56,481 nucleotides of DNA, from contig JAFDME010000001.1 in assembly GCA_019306075.1 (NCBI GenBank), positions 1 through 56,481 of the forward strand, in the 5' to 3' direction. The position numbers were made by a program, and so were the translations under genes. Positions within the stretch are counted from its first letter, which is position 1. Each line of letters starts with the position of its first letter. Below the pieces are notes generated by a model. That model was not told the origin of the DNA. It made no database searches and saw only the letters and a list, made by a program, of their open reading frames with translations. The stretch comes from Deltaproteobacteria bacterium (GTDB lineage: Bacteria; Desulfobacterota; Desulfobulbia; Desulfobulbales; Desulfocapsaceae). Shown here piece by piece: positions 30,011 through 40,917 of this stretch.

Positions 30011-31230
30011 CCCCCATTTTCCTCACACGGATTCCAGCCATGGAGCCCCCAGAGCAGAGAAAGCAGGCCAAGTGCGCTGAGACCGGAAGCTGTCCATGCC
30101 ACTCCGGCAATTCCTCCCATCTCCCATAAAAATGTGCCGATAAGAACACCGATCATCCTGCCAATTCCGGCGGTGGCGTAAAAACCTGCCATCATAGTTG
30201 CACGGGACCCGGGCATAAGTTCAGTACTCAGAGAGAAACTGCAGACCATGGAAAATTCAAAAGAGACAAAAACCATAAACATTCCGATCAGTGCCAGAGG
30301 AAGAGTCAGGCCAACCAGGGGTAAAAGGGCGTAGGATATCACAACTAAGACAAGCCCCAGCACGGTAGCCCGCTTTCCCCCGAGCCTGTCAGCGAAAAGC
30401 GCTGTCAATGATTCTCCGCAGAGTTCTGCGGCACCAATTGCAATAGTACTGAATCCGAGGGTGAGCAGTGTGACATGGAAATTCTGTTCAAGCCACACGC
30501 CATAAATGACAAAGAGACTATCATTGGCAATGGAGATCCAAAAACCGAAAGCGAGCATGCCTGCGGCTGGACGGATCCTGACAAGCTGTTTCAAAGATGA
30601 GAACAGTTCTGCCCTGTCCCTCCGGCCCGTATCATGTTTGACTTCTGCCGGAATAATCCGTTTTAAACTGAACCAGCTAATCAGTGCAAGCAGTGAAAGA
30701 AGATAGAACGAGAAGATCAGGCCAGCCTGGTCTATCACCAGGCCAAGAAAGGGAATACCTATGAGAGTGCTGCCCGCCCAGGACATCTCAACCAGACCTA
30801 TTACCCGGCCCCTTCTCTGGAATGGCACATTTTGACCAATAAAAGCCTGAACAGCGGGATCGAAGACCGTTTTCCCCAAACTTGTTACCAGCAGTCCAAG
30901 AAAAACCAGCCAGTAAAAAGGGAAAAAACCACAGAGCAGCATGCCGGCAAACAGGCAACCCAGACCATATCCCATCATCGCCCGATAGCCCAGCCGATCA
31001 GCAAAAGGACCGCAAAAAAAGCCAATAATGGAGGTGAACTGTCCGGCTGCAATAATAGTGGTAATAGCCGCAAGAGGAACATCAAGCCCGCGGCTGAGAA
31101 CGGGGGCAAACGGGTAGACAAAGCGACGGCTCGTATTCACCAGCAGTTTAAACAGGGCCAGCGCAATCACCTGTTTATACAGGGGTATCTGTCTTGATTG
31201 TGGCTGCCCGGGCAGCAGTTTCGTAGTCAA
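30007..31230 (-). CDS. MFS transporter
   Basis: ~12 TM helices; GPFADRLGYR motif A and ADRLGGKR repeat. Confidence 0.9.
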   Translation of the reverse strand: MTTKLLPGQPQSRQIPLYKQVIALALFKLLVNTSRRFVYPFAPVLSRGLDVPLAAITTIIAAGQFTSIIGFFCGPFADRLGYRAMMGYGLGCLFAGMLLCGFFPFYWLVFLGLLVTSLGKTVFDPAVQAFIGQNVPFQRRGRVIGLVEMSWAGSTLIGIPFLGLVIDQAGLIFSFYLLSLLALISWFSLKRIIPAEVKHDTGRRDRAELFSSLKQLVRIRPAAGMLAFGFWISIANDSLFVIYGVWLEQNFHVTLLTLGFSTIAIGAAELCGESLTALFADRLGGKRATVLGLVLVVISYALLPLVGLTLPLALIGMFMVFVSFEFSMVCSFSLSTELMPGSRATMMAGFYATAGIGRMIGVLIGTFLWEMGGIAGVAWTASGLSALGLLSLLWGLHGWNPCEENGG

Positions 31231-31259
31231 TCTCTCCCCTCTTCACACCTTCAAACAAC

Positions 31260-31898
31260 TTATCCAGCGTAACTAAAAAGTTTGCCGACTTGTCGGGTAA
31301 GCCATTTCCAGGGAAAGAGCATGGAAACATGTCTCTGATAAAGCCGGTAATTTTCACCATATTCGGCCAGAATTTTCCTCTCTTCCAGGAGTGTTCCCGC
31401 AAAAAGATACACAGTTAAAATAGAGGAAACGATCATGGTTGCCACAGTATAAGCGGGAAGAGCTGACCAGACCAGCAGCAGAGACCCGGCGTACCAGGGA
31501 TGACGGATAAGCCCGAAAGCTCCTGTCCTGGCAAACGTCTCCCTGTCACTTAACAGAGCATTGCTTTTTCCGGTCTGCAGCTGCTTGACCCCCAGAAAAT
31601 AATCGAGAGCATACTTCTTTGCTCCCTCCCTGAAAAGAACAAAAGCCAGCACAAGCAGAAAAAATCTCAACAGAAGCCAATATCCATGCCATCTAAAAAC
31701 TACAGTGTTTTCAAATAATCTCAGAGAATAGATCAATGGTATCAAAGTTATCAGGGAGAGACTGTTAAAAATAATCCTGTACCAGCGATGATATCCGGAA
31801 TACCTGGATTGCAGATAACCGGTTACGGCAGTGGAAATAAGAAAGCTGTGCATTACACACCAGCTCCCCCATGCAGCAGTCAATAAAAAATAGCTCAT
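31260..31898 (-). CDS. Isoprenylcysteine carboxyl methyltransferase/NnrU-like membrane protein
   Basis: GLIRHPWY, EERKILAEYGENY..Y...V..L.P signature. Confidence 0.8.
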   Translation of the reverse strand: MSYFLLTAAWGSWCVMHSFLISTAVTGYLQSRYSGYHRWYRIIFNSLSLITLIPLIYSLRLFENTVVFRWHGYWLLLRFFLLVLAFVLFREGAKKYALDYFLGVKQLQTGKSNALLSDRETFARTGAFGLIRHPWYAGSLLLVWSALPAYTVATMIVSSILTVYLFAGTLLEERKILAEYGENYRLYQRHVSMLFPWKWLTRQVGKLFSYAG

Positions 31899-32175
31899 TC
31901 CGATACAGTCTCAACTATATGGTTCCAGTCATCAGAGTCGACTGACAACAGTTCTCACGTTAATATCCATAGCAGGCACCCCATTTTAGCTCTCTTTTTA
32001 CCAGAGTGGAAAACCTTCAGGTAAAGGTAGGACAGATCACCATTCTAATCAAGTCGATTGCAAATCTCAGATATTGACACCACCAGCCCGGTGTCATAGA
32101 GTTGCTACGAATCTGTCACAGGCAGGGATGACATCTCTATTAAAAATCTTCAAAACTGTTCAGAATGAGGGTTAC

Positions 32176-33357
32176 ATGGGAACTAGAAGGTATCGAATAT
32201 CGGAATTCATGAAGCTGGAGTCTGCCGGCGGTATTTTACTCATGATTGCAGCAGCATTGGCCATGATTATTGCCAACAGTCCCCTGAGTTTTATTTATGA
32301 TCTTTTTATAACAACTCCCGTACACGTCCGCATAGGCCCCCTGGAGATTGCAAAGCCTCTGCTCCTCTGGGTGAATGACGGCATGATGGCCGGATTCTTT
32401 TTTCTGGTGGGACTGGAATTAAAAAGAGAGCTGATGATCGGTGAGCTTTCAGACAGATCAAAACTCATCCTTCCCGCTGTAGGCGCCATCGGCGGGATGG
32501 TTGTCCCCTCACTGATCTATCTTGCGATGAACTACCACGATCCTGTTGCGGTGAAAGGCTGGGCGATCCCCGCGGCCACAGATATCGCCTTTGCCCTGGG
32601 CATACTTGCACTACTCGGGTCACGGGTTCCGACAAGCCTGAAAATCCTTCTTACATCCCTGGCCATCTTTGACGATATCGGCGCAATTCTCATTATAGCG
32701 ATCTTTTACACCGACAATATCTCCCTTACATCTCTGCTTATTGTTTTTGTCTGTATCTGCATCCTGGCACTGATGAACAGAAACGAACAGACTGCAATCG
32801 GTATGTACATCTTCATAGGGACTATTATGTGGGTTGCCCTGCTGAAGTCAGGCGTACACGCGACCCTTGCCGGTGTCATCCTTGCCATATTCATCCCCAT
32901 GCACTCCTCAAAAGATCCGAAACACTCGCCCCTTATCCGGCTGGAACATGATATGCACGGCGCCGTGGCTTTTTTCATCCTGCCTATATTTGCCTTCTGC
33001 AATTCGGGAATAAACATCTCCAATGCAACAGCGGATTTCTTTACCCACAGTGTACCCCTGGGGATTGCTCTAGGTCTCTTTGTCGGTAAACAGGTGGGGA
33101 TTTTTGGTTGTATCTGGCTGGCTATTTCGCTGAAACTGACGTCAATGCCGACAGGAATGAACTGGAAGTCCCTCTACGGCATGTCCGCCCTCTGCGGCAT
33201 AGGATTTACGATGAGTCTTTTTATCGGCTCGCTGGCTTTTAATCAAAACGCCCAGGATCTGGTATTTGATGAACGTCTCGGTATTGTTGCAGGTTCTCTT
33301 CTTTCAGGTATTGCCGGATATCTTATCCTCAGAAAAGCCCTGCCTGAATCCGGCTGA
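32176..33357 (+). CDS. nhaA: Na+/H+ antiporter NhaA
   Basis: [50 protein letters not shown]; start placed at ATG 32176. Confidence 0.95.
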   Translation: MGTRRYRISEFMKLESAGGILLMIAAALAMIIANSPLSFIYDLFITTPVHVRIGPLEIAKPLLLWVNDGMMAGFFFLVGLELKRELMIGELSDRSKLILPAVGAIGGMVVPSLIYLAMNYHDPVAVKGWAIPAATDIAFALGILALLGSRVPTSLKILLTSLAIFDDIGAILIIAIFYTDNISLTSLLIVFVCICILALMNRNEQTAIGMYIFIGTIMWVALLKSGVHATLAGVILAIFIPMHSSKDPKHSPLIRLEHDMHGAVAFFILPIFAFCNSGINISNATADFFTHSVPLGIALGLFVGKQVGIFGCIWLAISLKLTSMPTGMNWKSLYGMSALCGIGFTMSLFIGSLAFNQNAQDLVFDERLGIVAGSLLSGIAGYLILRKALPESG

Positions 33358-33435
33358 GACAGAAGACCGGCACAGACGGAGGGAATTCTGAGTCAAATAT
33401 CTCCCCCGGCACGTGCCGGCCGGTTCATATCACCG

Positions 33436-34011
33436 TTACCAGTTCTCAGCGAGCAGTTCAAAATGTGCCTGGGGATGAGCGCAGGCGGGGCACATCTCCA
33501 ATGCCTCCTCTCCCTCGTGAACATATCCGCAGTTCCGGCATCTCCAGGTTACCTTCATAGATCTCCTGAAGACATGACCTGCTTCAATATTGGAAATAAG
33601 GGCTTTATAACGTTTTTCATGCTGTTTTTCCGCCACCGCTATAGCTTCAAAAATAGCAGCTATAGCAGGCAAACCTTCCTCTCTGGCCGTAACTGCAAAC
33701 TCCGGATACATTATCGTATGCTCATAATTCTCCCCGGCAGCCCCCTCTGTTAAATTTTCCACAGTGGTGCCGATCACCCCGGCCGGAAAAGCAGCCGCCA
33801 CCTCAACTTCTCCACCCTCAAGTAATTTAAACAGCCGTTTGGCGTGTTCCTTTTCCTGGTCAGCAGTTTCCTCAAAAATATGCTGAATCTGCACATAGCC
33901 CTCTTTTTTTGCCTGGGAGGCAAAGTACGTATAACGATTACGAGCCTGCGATTCACCACAAAATGCTGTCAGGATATTCTTCTCTGTCTTGGTACCTTTA
34001 ATACTTGGCAT
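33436..34011 (-). CDS. rbr: Rubrerythrin
   Basis: [19 protein letters not shown] diiron motifs; WRCRNCGY...CPACAHP rubredoxin domain. Confidence 0.95.
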   Translation of the reverse strand: MPSIKGTKTEKNILTAFCGESQARNRYTYFASQAKKEGYVQIQHIFEETADQEKEHAKRLFKLLEGGEVEVAAAFPAGVIGTTVENLTEGAAGENYEHTIMYPEFAVTAREEGLPAIAAIFEAIAVAEKQHEKRYKALISNIEAGHVFRRSMKVTWRCRNCGYVHEGEEALEMCPACAHPQAHFELLAENW

Positions 34012-34078
34012 AGTTCCCTCCCTTTACTGGAATACATCTGAAAAGCCGGTTTTGCACCAGCCGCCACCCCTGGTAAAT

Positions 34079-34606
34079 TTAATCGTTATGCAATTCTTTA
34101 TCAAGAAGTACTCCCCATCTGCTATTATATGGATGAACCTTATATGCGTTTCTCCCTTTCCTTACCGTGGGATAACCCTTGTTGGCCCACCCAAAAATCG
34201 ACCCCTTCAGGTTATATACATGGGAGTACCCCCGCCGCTGGAGATCATCGACAAAGGCGGCGGATCGGACACCAACCGCACAATAGGCAATAATAAAAGC
34301 ATCCCCGGGAAGATTCACTTCTTCCACCTTTTCCAGCCGAACAGCACCGGCGAGATGGCTCACCTCAAATTCTTCAGGCGTACGGATATCAAAGAGATAA
34401 AATTGCCGGCCGCTTTTATACAGAGACTGCAAATCCTCAGTGGAAATATGATTTACTTCCGGGTATCTGCTGGAGATGAAATTGTCAACATCAGCCCAAC
34501 TCTTATGGCCACCGGGCCAATGCCAGCTGAATCCGGCAAGAAGAGATAAAACGAGCAGCCAGAGCAGACAGTGAAAAGTAGTCCTTACTCCATCTGAATT
34601 CGGCAT
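34079..34606 (-). CDS. Rhodanese-like domain protein, N-terminally anchored or exported
   Basis: FDIRTPEEFEVSHLAGA, YCAVGVRS, NLKGSIFGW; hydrophobic N-terminus. Confidence 0.85.
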   Translation of the reverse strand: MPNSDGVRTTFHCLLWLLVLSLLAGFSWHWPGGHKSWADVDNFISSRYPEVNHISTEDLQSLYKSGRQFYLFDIRTPEEFEVSHLAGAVRLEKVEEVNLPGDAFIIAYCAVGVRSAAFVDDLQRRGYSHVYNLKGSIFGWANKGYPTVRKGRNAYKVHPYNSRWGVLLDKELHND

Positions 34607-34655
34607 GAGCCGACCCTCCCTTCAAATTTTCACTCTCACACCACCGACCGGACAA

Positions 34656-36533
34656 TTACTCTTTTTCTTCAGGGAATTTACAGTCCAGACTGATCATGTC
34701 TCCCTCTGTCACTATCTTCACTTCATAGCCAAGAGATTTAAAAAGCTTTACCATCCTCCTATTTGCAGTTGAAGTATACGCTGTCAAACCATCTATGCCA
34801 TTTTCTTTTGCCGCCTCTGAAAGTTTCCTGATAACAGTACTTGAAAGTCCCTTCCCCTGCCATTCCTTCACCACAGAAAACGCAATTTCAGCCATATTTA
34901 TCCCAGAATCGAGATAATATTCACCAACAGCAAGTATTCGTTCGTAACCCGGCTCTCCCTCAACTGCAACAATCGTCAGATCTTTTATATAATCAATTAA
35001 AAACGTGCTTTCTATCTGCTGAGTAACAAAGCTGCTTCTCTCGTTAAAAAATCTCGATATGACATCATCCTTTTCCAGACCGTAGTAGTGTTCCTGAATA
35101 GACCGTTCATCAGTCGGTTTCACCGGCCTGAAGGTTATTTTTTTATTATCGATAACATGGATCTCTTCAAGTTTAAGGGGATAGATAGAATGCATGTCTT
35201 CATTGAGAGAGCGCTCCGGGCCGAGAAGCCCCATCTTTCTTGCCTCTTCAAAAAGCCAGTCCCTGAAATCGGGATGGGCTATACTTATCAAGGCGATAGC
35301 TCTCTCCTGAAGACTCTTGCCAAAAAGATTCACCGAACCATACTCAGTCACTACATACTGAACCTCGCTGCGTGGAACAACCACTGCAGAGTTCACCAGT
35401 TGAGGTACTATCCTGCTCTCTGTGCCATCCGTCTGTGTAGCGGTGAGCATGAGAATCGATTTGCCACCTTTTGACATGGACGCGCCGCGAAAGAAATCAA
35501 GTATCCCCGTTACACCGGAAAAGTTATTAAACGGCAGAGCATCTGCAGCAACCTGGCCGGTCAAATCTATCTCCCGGCCGATATTCATCGCAATCATTTT
35601 GCTGTTGCGGGAAATAACCCTGGGATCATTGACATATTTTGAAGGGTGAAACTCAATTGCAGCGTTGTTGTCCAGCAGATCATACAGATCTTTATTACCG
35701 ATAGCATTGCTGGCAATGAGTTTACCGTTGTTATATCCTTTCTTTTTGTTGGTCACCACTCCCATGGCCACCAGTCTCATGATGGTATTAGAAAGAAACT
35801 GAGTATGTATTCCCAGATCATTTTTTGTCATCATGGCCCGGATATTTGCCTCAGTGGTGGTTCCAAGGGACATCTGCATGGTCGATCCGTCATCAATAAG
35901 CCTGGACACATAGCGGGCCATGGTATCGGCCGAAGCAACATCAGGATATGTCCCTATCTCAATGAGAGGTTCATCGTATTCTACAAAATAATCTATATCA
36001 CTGACATGGATATAACTCCGGCCCAGCAATCTCGGCATATTCTGGTTCACCTGAGCAATAACAATATCTGCTGCCACGGCTGCAGATTCCGTGATATCAA
36101 CGGAGATTCCAAGGCTCATCCAGCCAAAATCATCGGGGGGAGTTACCTGAATAAAGGCTACCTGGATAGGCAGGAGTCTCGACCTGATAAGCCTGTGCAC
36201 ATCAGAGATATTTATCGGTGTGATAAAACGCAAATCCCCCTTAAAACTCTGGGAATTAGCGGAACCAAGATAAAAAGAACGAATATTCAAATTCTGGGAT
36301 TTCGACTTTTTTGCAATGCTCGAAAGCGAAGTCGACTCCCCGCTGAAAAGCCTGACAATCTCCAAATCGGTAAAAAAAGCACTGCCGTCGGCAAGCCCCT
36401 TAACCAGATGCTGAGGCTCCCCGCAGTAGGAACCGATAAAAATCCTCTGTCCCGATTGAATCTTTGAAATGGCCTCTTTAACTGACAGTCTGTTCTCCTG
36501 GTAATGATCCGCCCAATATCCTGACCTTCCCAT
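34656..36533 (-). CDS. Acetyl-CoA hydrolase/transferase domain fused to a C-terminal GNAT acetyltransferase
   Basis: IQVTPPD..GWMSLG, EIDLTGQV, YVVTEYG..NLFGK, LISIAHPDFR; C-terminal AEIAFSVVKEWQGKGL GNAT motif. Confidence 0.9.
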   Translation of the reverse strand: MGRSGYWADHYQENRLSVKEAISKIQSGQRIFIGSYCGEPQHLVKGLADGSAFFTDLEIVRLFSGESTSLSSIAKKSKSQNLNIRSFYLGSANSQSFKGDLRFITPINISDVHRLIRSRLLPIQVAFIQVTPPDDFGWMSLGISVDITESAAVAADIVIAQVNQNMPRLLGRSYIHVSDIDYFVEYDEPLIEIGTYPDVASADTMARYVSRLIDDGSTMQMSLGTTTEANIRAMMTKNDLGIHTQFLSNTIMRLVAMGVVTNKKKGYNNGKLIASNAIGNKDLYDLLDNNAAIEFHPSKYVNDPRVISRNSKMIAMNIGREIDLTGQVAADALPFNNFSGVTGILDFFRGASMSKGGKSILMLTATQTDGTESRIVPQLVNSAVVVPRSEVQYVVTEYGSVNLFGKSLQERAIALISIAHPDFRDWLFEEARKMGLLGPERSLNEDMHSIYPLKLEEIHVIDNKKITFRPVKPTDERSIQEHYYGLEKDDVISRFFNERSSFVTQQIESTFLIDYIKDLTIVAVEGEPGYERILAVGEYYLDSGINMAEIAFSVVKEWQGKGLSSTVIRKLSEAAKENGIDGLTAYTSTANRRMVKLFKSLGYEVKIVTEGDMISLDCKFPEEKE

Positions 36534-36804
36534 AAGGTTCCCTCCTCAACTCATTTTAAACCAGACATCAACAGGGATTCACTCTCAATAAAACCGTGCT
36601 CCCGCTCACTCTATTCGGTAATCAACTATTAATTCAAGCTGCATTCCTTCTCTCCGGGCAATGGAAGCTTCTTGATTTAAACCCTTCAACTTGATAGGTT
36701 TCCCGTTAAGAGAACAGTTTATTCCACTGCCCCGGATTTCTCTCCGCCCCCCCTGAAAAAACCGGGGAAGATATACAGGCGACAAAGAAGGAGGAAACAG
36801 TACT

Positions 36805-38151
36805 TTGCATTCAGCCGGTGAAACAATACTCCTCCTTGGCCTATCCGCTTCCGAAACCAGGCTTATTACGAGGCTGGTTTCCTCGTTCACAGTTGATGCG
36901 GAGTCCATCACCGTCAATGAACTGGAAAATTTCAAAAACAGTTCCCCCAACAAAAAAGTCTGCCTTATCGTTTTTCAGGTTGATGAAGACTCTGGCCAGC
37001 AACAACGGGAGATCAGCAGAATCCGACAAGTACTTGGTGATTTCATACCATTACTGATTCTGATTCCCCCAAAAAACATCCCTGAGATCAAGAAATATCT
37101 TAAAGCCGGCGGCGACGATTATATAACACTTCCGCTTAACGAAAACCATTTCTCCGTCACGTTCCTCATCCTGCTCGAAATTGGTCAGGCAATGGCCCAG
37201 CTTCCACAGGAAAAAACGTCAAAAAGCGGCGGCTACATATGGAACAGGATGGTCAACTACTTCCAGGCGGAAGAAAGTTATTTTTCACCCAGATCCCTTA
37301 CCGGAAAAAGCGAAAATAACCATATTCTTCATAAATGGAAACGGGTTCGCAGGATTGGTCTTGGCGGTTTTGGCGTAGTCTGGCTGGTAGAAGAAATTGC
37401 CACAGGCAGACTGGCCGTTTCCAAAGCACCACATTCAGCTCAAATGAATATCAGAGTACTGCGCTCCGCAGCCATCCTTAAACGTCTGATTCACCACCCC
37501 AATATCGCCCAGCTGATTGAAGTACTCAAACAGGATGGCAAATTTATTCTCATTCAGGAATATGTCGACGGGTTTACCCTGCAGGAACTGCTCAAAACAG
37601 GTATAACACCGCAGGATAAAGAAAAATATTTCCTCCAGCTCCTCTCCGCTGTCGCCTATTCCCACAGCCACAAAATACTGCACAGGGATATAAAACCGGA
37701 AAATATTATGATCACCAGAACCGGCCAGCTTAAGTTGCTCGACTTTGGAATAGCAAAGGATTTATCCTGGCTGCCTCCCGGAAAAAGCTCAGAAGGCACT
37801 CTGGATTTCATGTCACCTGAACAGTACGACGGAAAAAGCTGTCTTGCAAGCGACGTTTGGTCCCTGGGTGTTATCCTCTATATATTCGCCACAAACTCAG
37901 CACCTTACCACCAATACGGCGACATGTATCCAGTGGACATAGAAACTGTCCTCAAGCAGAGAGCCCCACGCAGGATCAAACCCGATATTTCCCCTGAACT
38001 CGACAGGATTATTATGACCTGCCTTACAAAAGACCTTGACCGTCGATATGAGGACGGCAATGAACTGCAACAAGACCTGCTGTCAACCCTGCCCCTGTTC
38101 GGGTCGGGAGCCCTTCTAACTGATTTCAATACACCGAAGTCTGTTCTATAA
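36805..38151 (+). CDS. Hanks-type Ser/Thr protein kinase with an N-terminal degenerate receiver-like domain
   Basis: GLGGFGVV, AVSK, HRDIKPEN, DFG, GTLDFMSPE, DVWSLG; N-terminal AGGDDYITLP resembles receiver GADDYxxKP; AGGAGG RBS before TTG. Confidence 0.9.
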   Translation: MHSAGETILLLGLSASETRLITRLVSSFTVDAESITVNELENFKNSSPNKKVCLIVFQVDEDSGQQQREISRIRQVLGDFIPLLILIPPKNIPEIKKYLKAGGDDYITLPLNENHFSVTFLILLEIGQAMAQLPQEKTSKSGGYIWNRMVNYFQAEESYFSPRSLTGKSENNHILHKWKRVRRIGLGGFGVVWLVEEIATGRLAVSKAPHSAQMNIRVLRSAAILKRLIHHPNIAQLIEVLKQDGKFILIQEYVDGFTLQELLKTGITPQDKEKYFLQLLSAVAYSHSHKILHRDIKPENIMITRTGQLKLLDFGIAKDLSWLPPGKSSEGTLDFMSPEQYDGKSCLASDVWSLGVILYIFATNSAPYHQYGDMYPVDIETVLKQRAPRRIKPDISPELDRIIMTCLTKDLDRRYEDGNELQQDLLSTLPLFGSGALLTDFNTPKSVL

Positions 38152-38880
38152 ACCACTAAGCAATCTTCGCCCGAGGCTTTCAGGAAGTCCGGCGGTCACT
38201 ATCTTTTCCTTTGCCTTGCCATAATCATACTCAAAACGGTAAAACTCAACCAGCCATTTATTGGTATCATAAACCAGATAGGCACCTCTGGGATCGCCAT
38301 CACGCGGCTGTCCGACACTGCCACAGTTAAAAATTTGGCGGTTTGATGCTGCTACGGGGACAACAGACTGATGCCTGGGCGATCGGATATAGACACAAAA
38401 AAAGTTTTTCCTGGTAATTGCCACAGGTACATGGGTATGACCGATAAAAAGAATTTTTGCCTTGGAACGGGCGAATGATCTTGAAATAGACGCCTTTTCA
38501 GAAACGTAATCCCAGTTACGCGGCTTATACGGGTTGGAATGGCAGAAAACAGCATCATCCCATCTGATAATATCCGACATTTCCCGTAAAAAATAAAAAC
38601 TTTCATCGGAGAGTCTTTTCCGGGTCCAGTTAATTGCCTGACGCGCCTCCTGCGTCATATTCACGGGAACACCCAAAACAGCAGCATCATGGTTCCCGAG
38701 GACAAAAAGCCCATGGGGCAGGAGACGCAGTCTGGCCACACACTGATTAGGATTAGCACCATAACCAACCACATCGCCAAGGCACATATAGCGATCAACA
38801 CTTTGAGTCGCACTGTGATCAATAAAGCTCTGGAGCGCCTCCAGGTTCGAATGTATATCTGCAAAAACTGCAACTCTCAT
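38146..38880 (-). CDS. Calcineurin-like metallophosphoesterase
   Basis: DIHSN, GDVVGYG, GNHD, GHTH, NCGSVGQPRDGDPR. Confidence 0.9.
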   Translation of the reverse strand: MRVAVFADIHSNLEALQSFIDHSATQSVDRYMCLGDVVGYGANPNQCVARLRLLPHGLFVLGNHDAAVLGVPVNMTQEARQAINWTRKRLSDESFYFLREMSDIIRWDDAVFCHSNPYKPRNWDYVSEKASISRSFARSKAKILFIGHTHVPVAITRKNFFCVYIRSPRHQSVVPVAASNRQIFNCGSVGQPRDGDPRGAYLVYDTNKWLVEFYRFEYDYGKAKEKIVTAGLPESLGRRLLSGL

Positions 38881-39102
38881 ATTTACAGCCAAACCCGGAT
38901 AAACCGAAATTTTAAAATGCCTGAATAAGCACCATAAAAACAGTGGTCACTGTCAGTGACCGACCACGATAAACAGAATAAGATTCTTGTTTTTCCACGC
39001 ATCCTGGTGTTCTATATAACTGGTCAGCTATTTGACTGCACCAGTCCCGGCGGTTTTTTCCCTTTCTTTCCCGGAAAACCTGAACCTGAACAGGAGAACT
39101 CC

Positions 39103-39723
39103 ATGGCTAAATCTTTTCCCCTACTCTTTTTCACTCTCCTCTTTCTCACCTTTTCCGGATGCTCTTCCACTAAACTTGTCCAGAGCTGGAGTGAAACTAA
39201 CTTTGAAGGGCAACCACTTAAACGAATTCTGGTGATCGGTATAATGCGCGGCGACCAGCAGAGGAGAATATATGAAGACACTCTTGTAACCCGCCTGAAA
39301 GCTGCAGGTATCAATGGAGTTGCCGGCTACACTCTGATATCAGACACTGAAGATTATAACGACAAGGCCATTATAAAAGATGCCGTACGAAAATCCGGAG
39401 CAGATAGTGCACTTATCGCGACACTCGTCAGCGTTAAAGAAAAAGAACGCCATGTACCTCCTTCCGTTTATTATGAACCGATGTACGGCTATCGCCACGG
39501 ATTCTATGATTATTACGGAATGTCACATCGGGCAGTCTATTCCCCGGGGTATACAACAATTGACACTGTAGTGAAGCTGGAAACCACAGTCTTCACTCTT
39601 TCCCCCGAAAAAATGATATGGGCCGGAACCACTGAGAGTTTTAATCCACCATCCCCGCTGAAAATAATTGAGGAAAACGCAGATATCATCATAAAGAGTA
39701 TGAAAGCATCAAATATGCTATAA
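39103..39723 (+). CDS. Putative lipoprotein
   Basis: Lipobox-like FSGC after a hydrophobic stretch; Tyr/Gly-rich loop; AGGAG RBS before ATG 39103. Confidence 0.75.
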   Translation: MAKSFPLLFFTLLFLTFSGCSSTKLVQSWSETNFEGQPLKRILVIGIMRGDQQRRIYEDTLVTRLKAAGINGVAGYTLISDTEDYNDKAIIKDAVRKSGADSALIATLVSVKEKERHVPPSVYYEPMYGYRHGFYDYYGMSHRAVYSPGYTTIDTVVKLETTVFTLSPEKMIWAGTTESFNPPSPLKIIEENADIIIKSMKASNML

Positions 39724-39724
39724 C

Positions 39725-40318
39725 TTACTTGTTTTTCCAGGTTTTTTCATTCCCCCGAAACAATCTGCCGATATTCTCATGATGTTTGACCCAGATAAAA
39801 AGGGCAATTATGGCTGCGGTCACAACGGTAATGTTTGAAGAACCAAGCAGCCACAGCCAGAGAGGCATCAATCCCGCAGCCAGAAGAGATCCGGCTGAGA
39901 CAAAACCGGATAAGGCGACTGTAGCAAGGAACACAGCGAGACTGATAAGGATTGCAGGAAAGGAAAAAAAAAGAAAAACACCAAGTCCCGTAGCAACGCC
40001 CTTTCCTCCTTTAAAACCGAGATAAACCGGGAACATATGCCCTATCACAGCCATGATCCCGGTCAAAGCAACTATTAACGCTCTGTTATCCGACTCCGGC
40101 AAAAAAATATTTGCTGAATAGATGGTCAAAAAACCCTTGAGGCAGTCACAGACAAGAGTGAGAAAACCCAGTTTTTTGCCCAGGACACGGTTCACATTTG
40201 TGGCACCGATATTACGGCTGCCCTCGGTTCTCACATCTGTCCCGACCATCCTGCCAATAACAAGACCAAATGGCACAGCCCCGAACAGGTACCCGATTAA
40301 TGGAAAAAAGAAGCTCAT
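39725..40318 (-). CDS. plsY: Glycerol-3-phosphate acyltransferase PlsY
   Basis: GSRNIGATNVNR, DCLKG, GHMFPVYLGFKGGKGVAT, KHHENI. Confidence 0.95.
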   Translation of the reverse strand: MSFFFPLIGYLFGAVPFGLVIGRMVGTDVRTEGSRNIGATNVNRVLGKKLGFLTLVCDCLKGFLTIYSANIFLPESDNRALIVALTGIMAVIGHMFPVYLGFKGGKGVATGLGVFLFFSFPAILISLAVFLATVALSGFVSAGSLLAAGLMPLWLWLLGSSNITVVTAAIIALFIWVKHHENIGRLFRGNEKTWKNK

Positions 40319-40364
40319 GTTTATGGGCAGATTTTGAGATACAAGCTGTAGTCCGAGAAGAGTA

Positions 40365-40868
40365 TCACTCTGTTTCCTTTCTCCTGTGTCTGGTAAACTT
40401 CTTCAGTAACCGTTCTGATATTTCATCGTCACGATATGAGAGGATAGTCACAGGGCATTTTCGAAACATCCTCTCCGCCACCGATCCTGCAAAAATATGC
40501 CGAACATCGTGAGTTTTAATGCCCATAATGACCATATCGATATTTTTATCAACAACCAGTTTCAGCAGCTCGTTGGTAGGATCACCAACCCTGAAGGAAA
40601 AGGAAACCTGCTTATCCGGCAGAGTCATCGGTTCCATCAGTTTTTTTAACTCCTCGCGCCGCTCTTTCTTTAAAGTTGCAAGATAGTGCTCAACATCCAC
40701 CTTGTAGCCAAAGGATGTTATCTTATCAACAGCCTCCAGGTCCCTGGCATTGATTACATTCACAACCAGCAGTTCAGCACCAAAAGGTTCAGCTACGCCG
40801 GAGGCATAATTAAGGATACCCTGAGAATATTTTGAAAAAGCGATGGGAACCAGTATCTTTTTTACCAT
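40365..40868 (-). CDS. Universal stress protein
   Basis: KILVPIAFS, DMVIMG, GSVAERM..CPV; adjacent to the TRAP genes. Confidence 0.9.
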   Translation of the reverse strand: MVKKILVPIAFSKYSQGILNYASGVAEPFGAELLVVNVINARDLEAVDKITSFGYKVDVEHYLATLKKERREELKKLMEPMTLPDKQVSFSFRVGDPTNELLKLVVDKNIDMVIMGIKTHDVRHIFAGSVAERMFRKCPVTILSYRDDEISERLLKKFTRHRRKETE

Positions 40869-40917
40869 TACTTCAACTCCTGCAAAAGGTGATTTAAAAA
40901 CTCACACTCAGCCATGG

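Noticed and set aside
35646-36467. Long antisense ORFs (273 aa here; also 27614-28285, 33989-34549, 45923-46507)
   Set aside because: Overlap well-supported genes on the opposite strand and show no protein-family features
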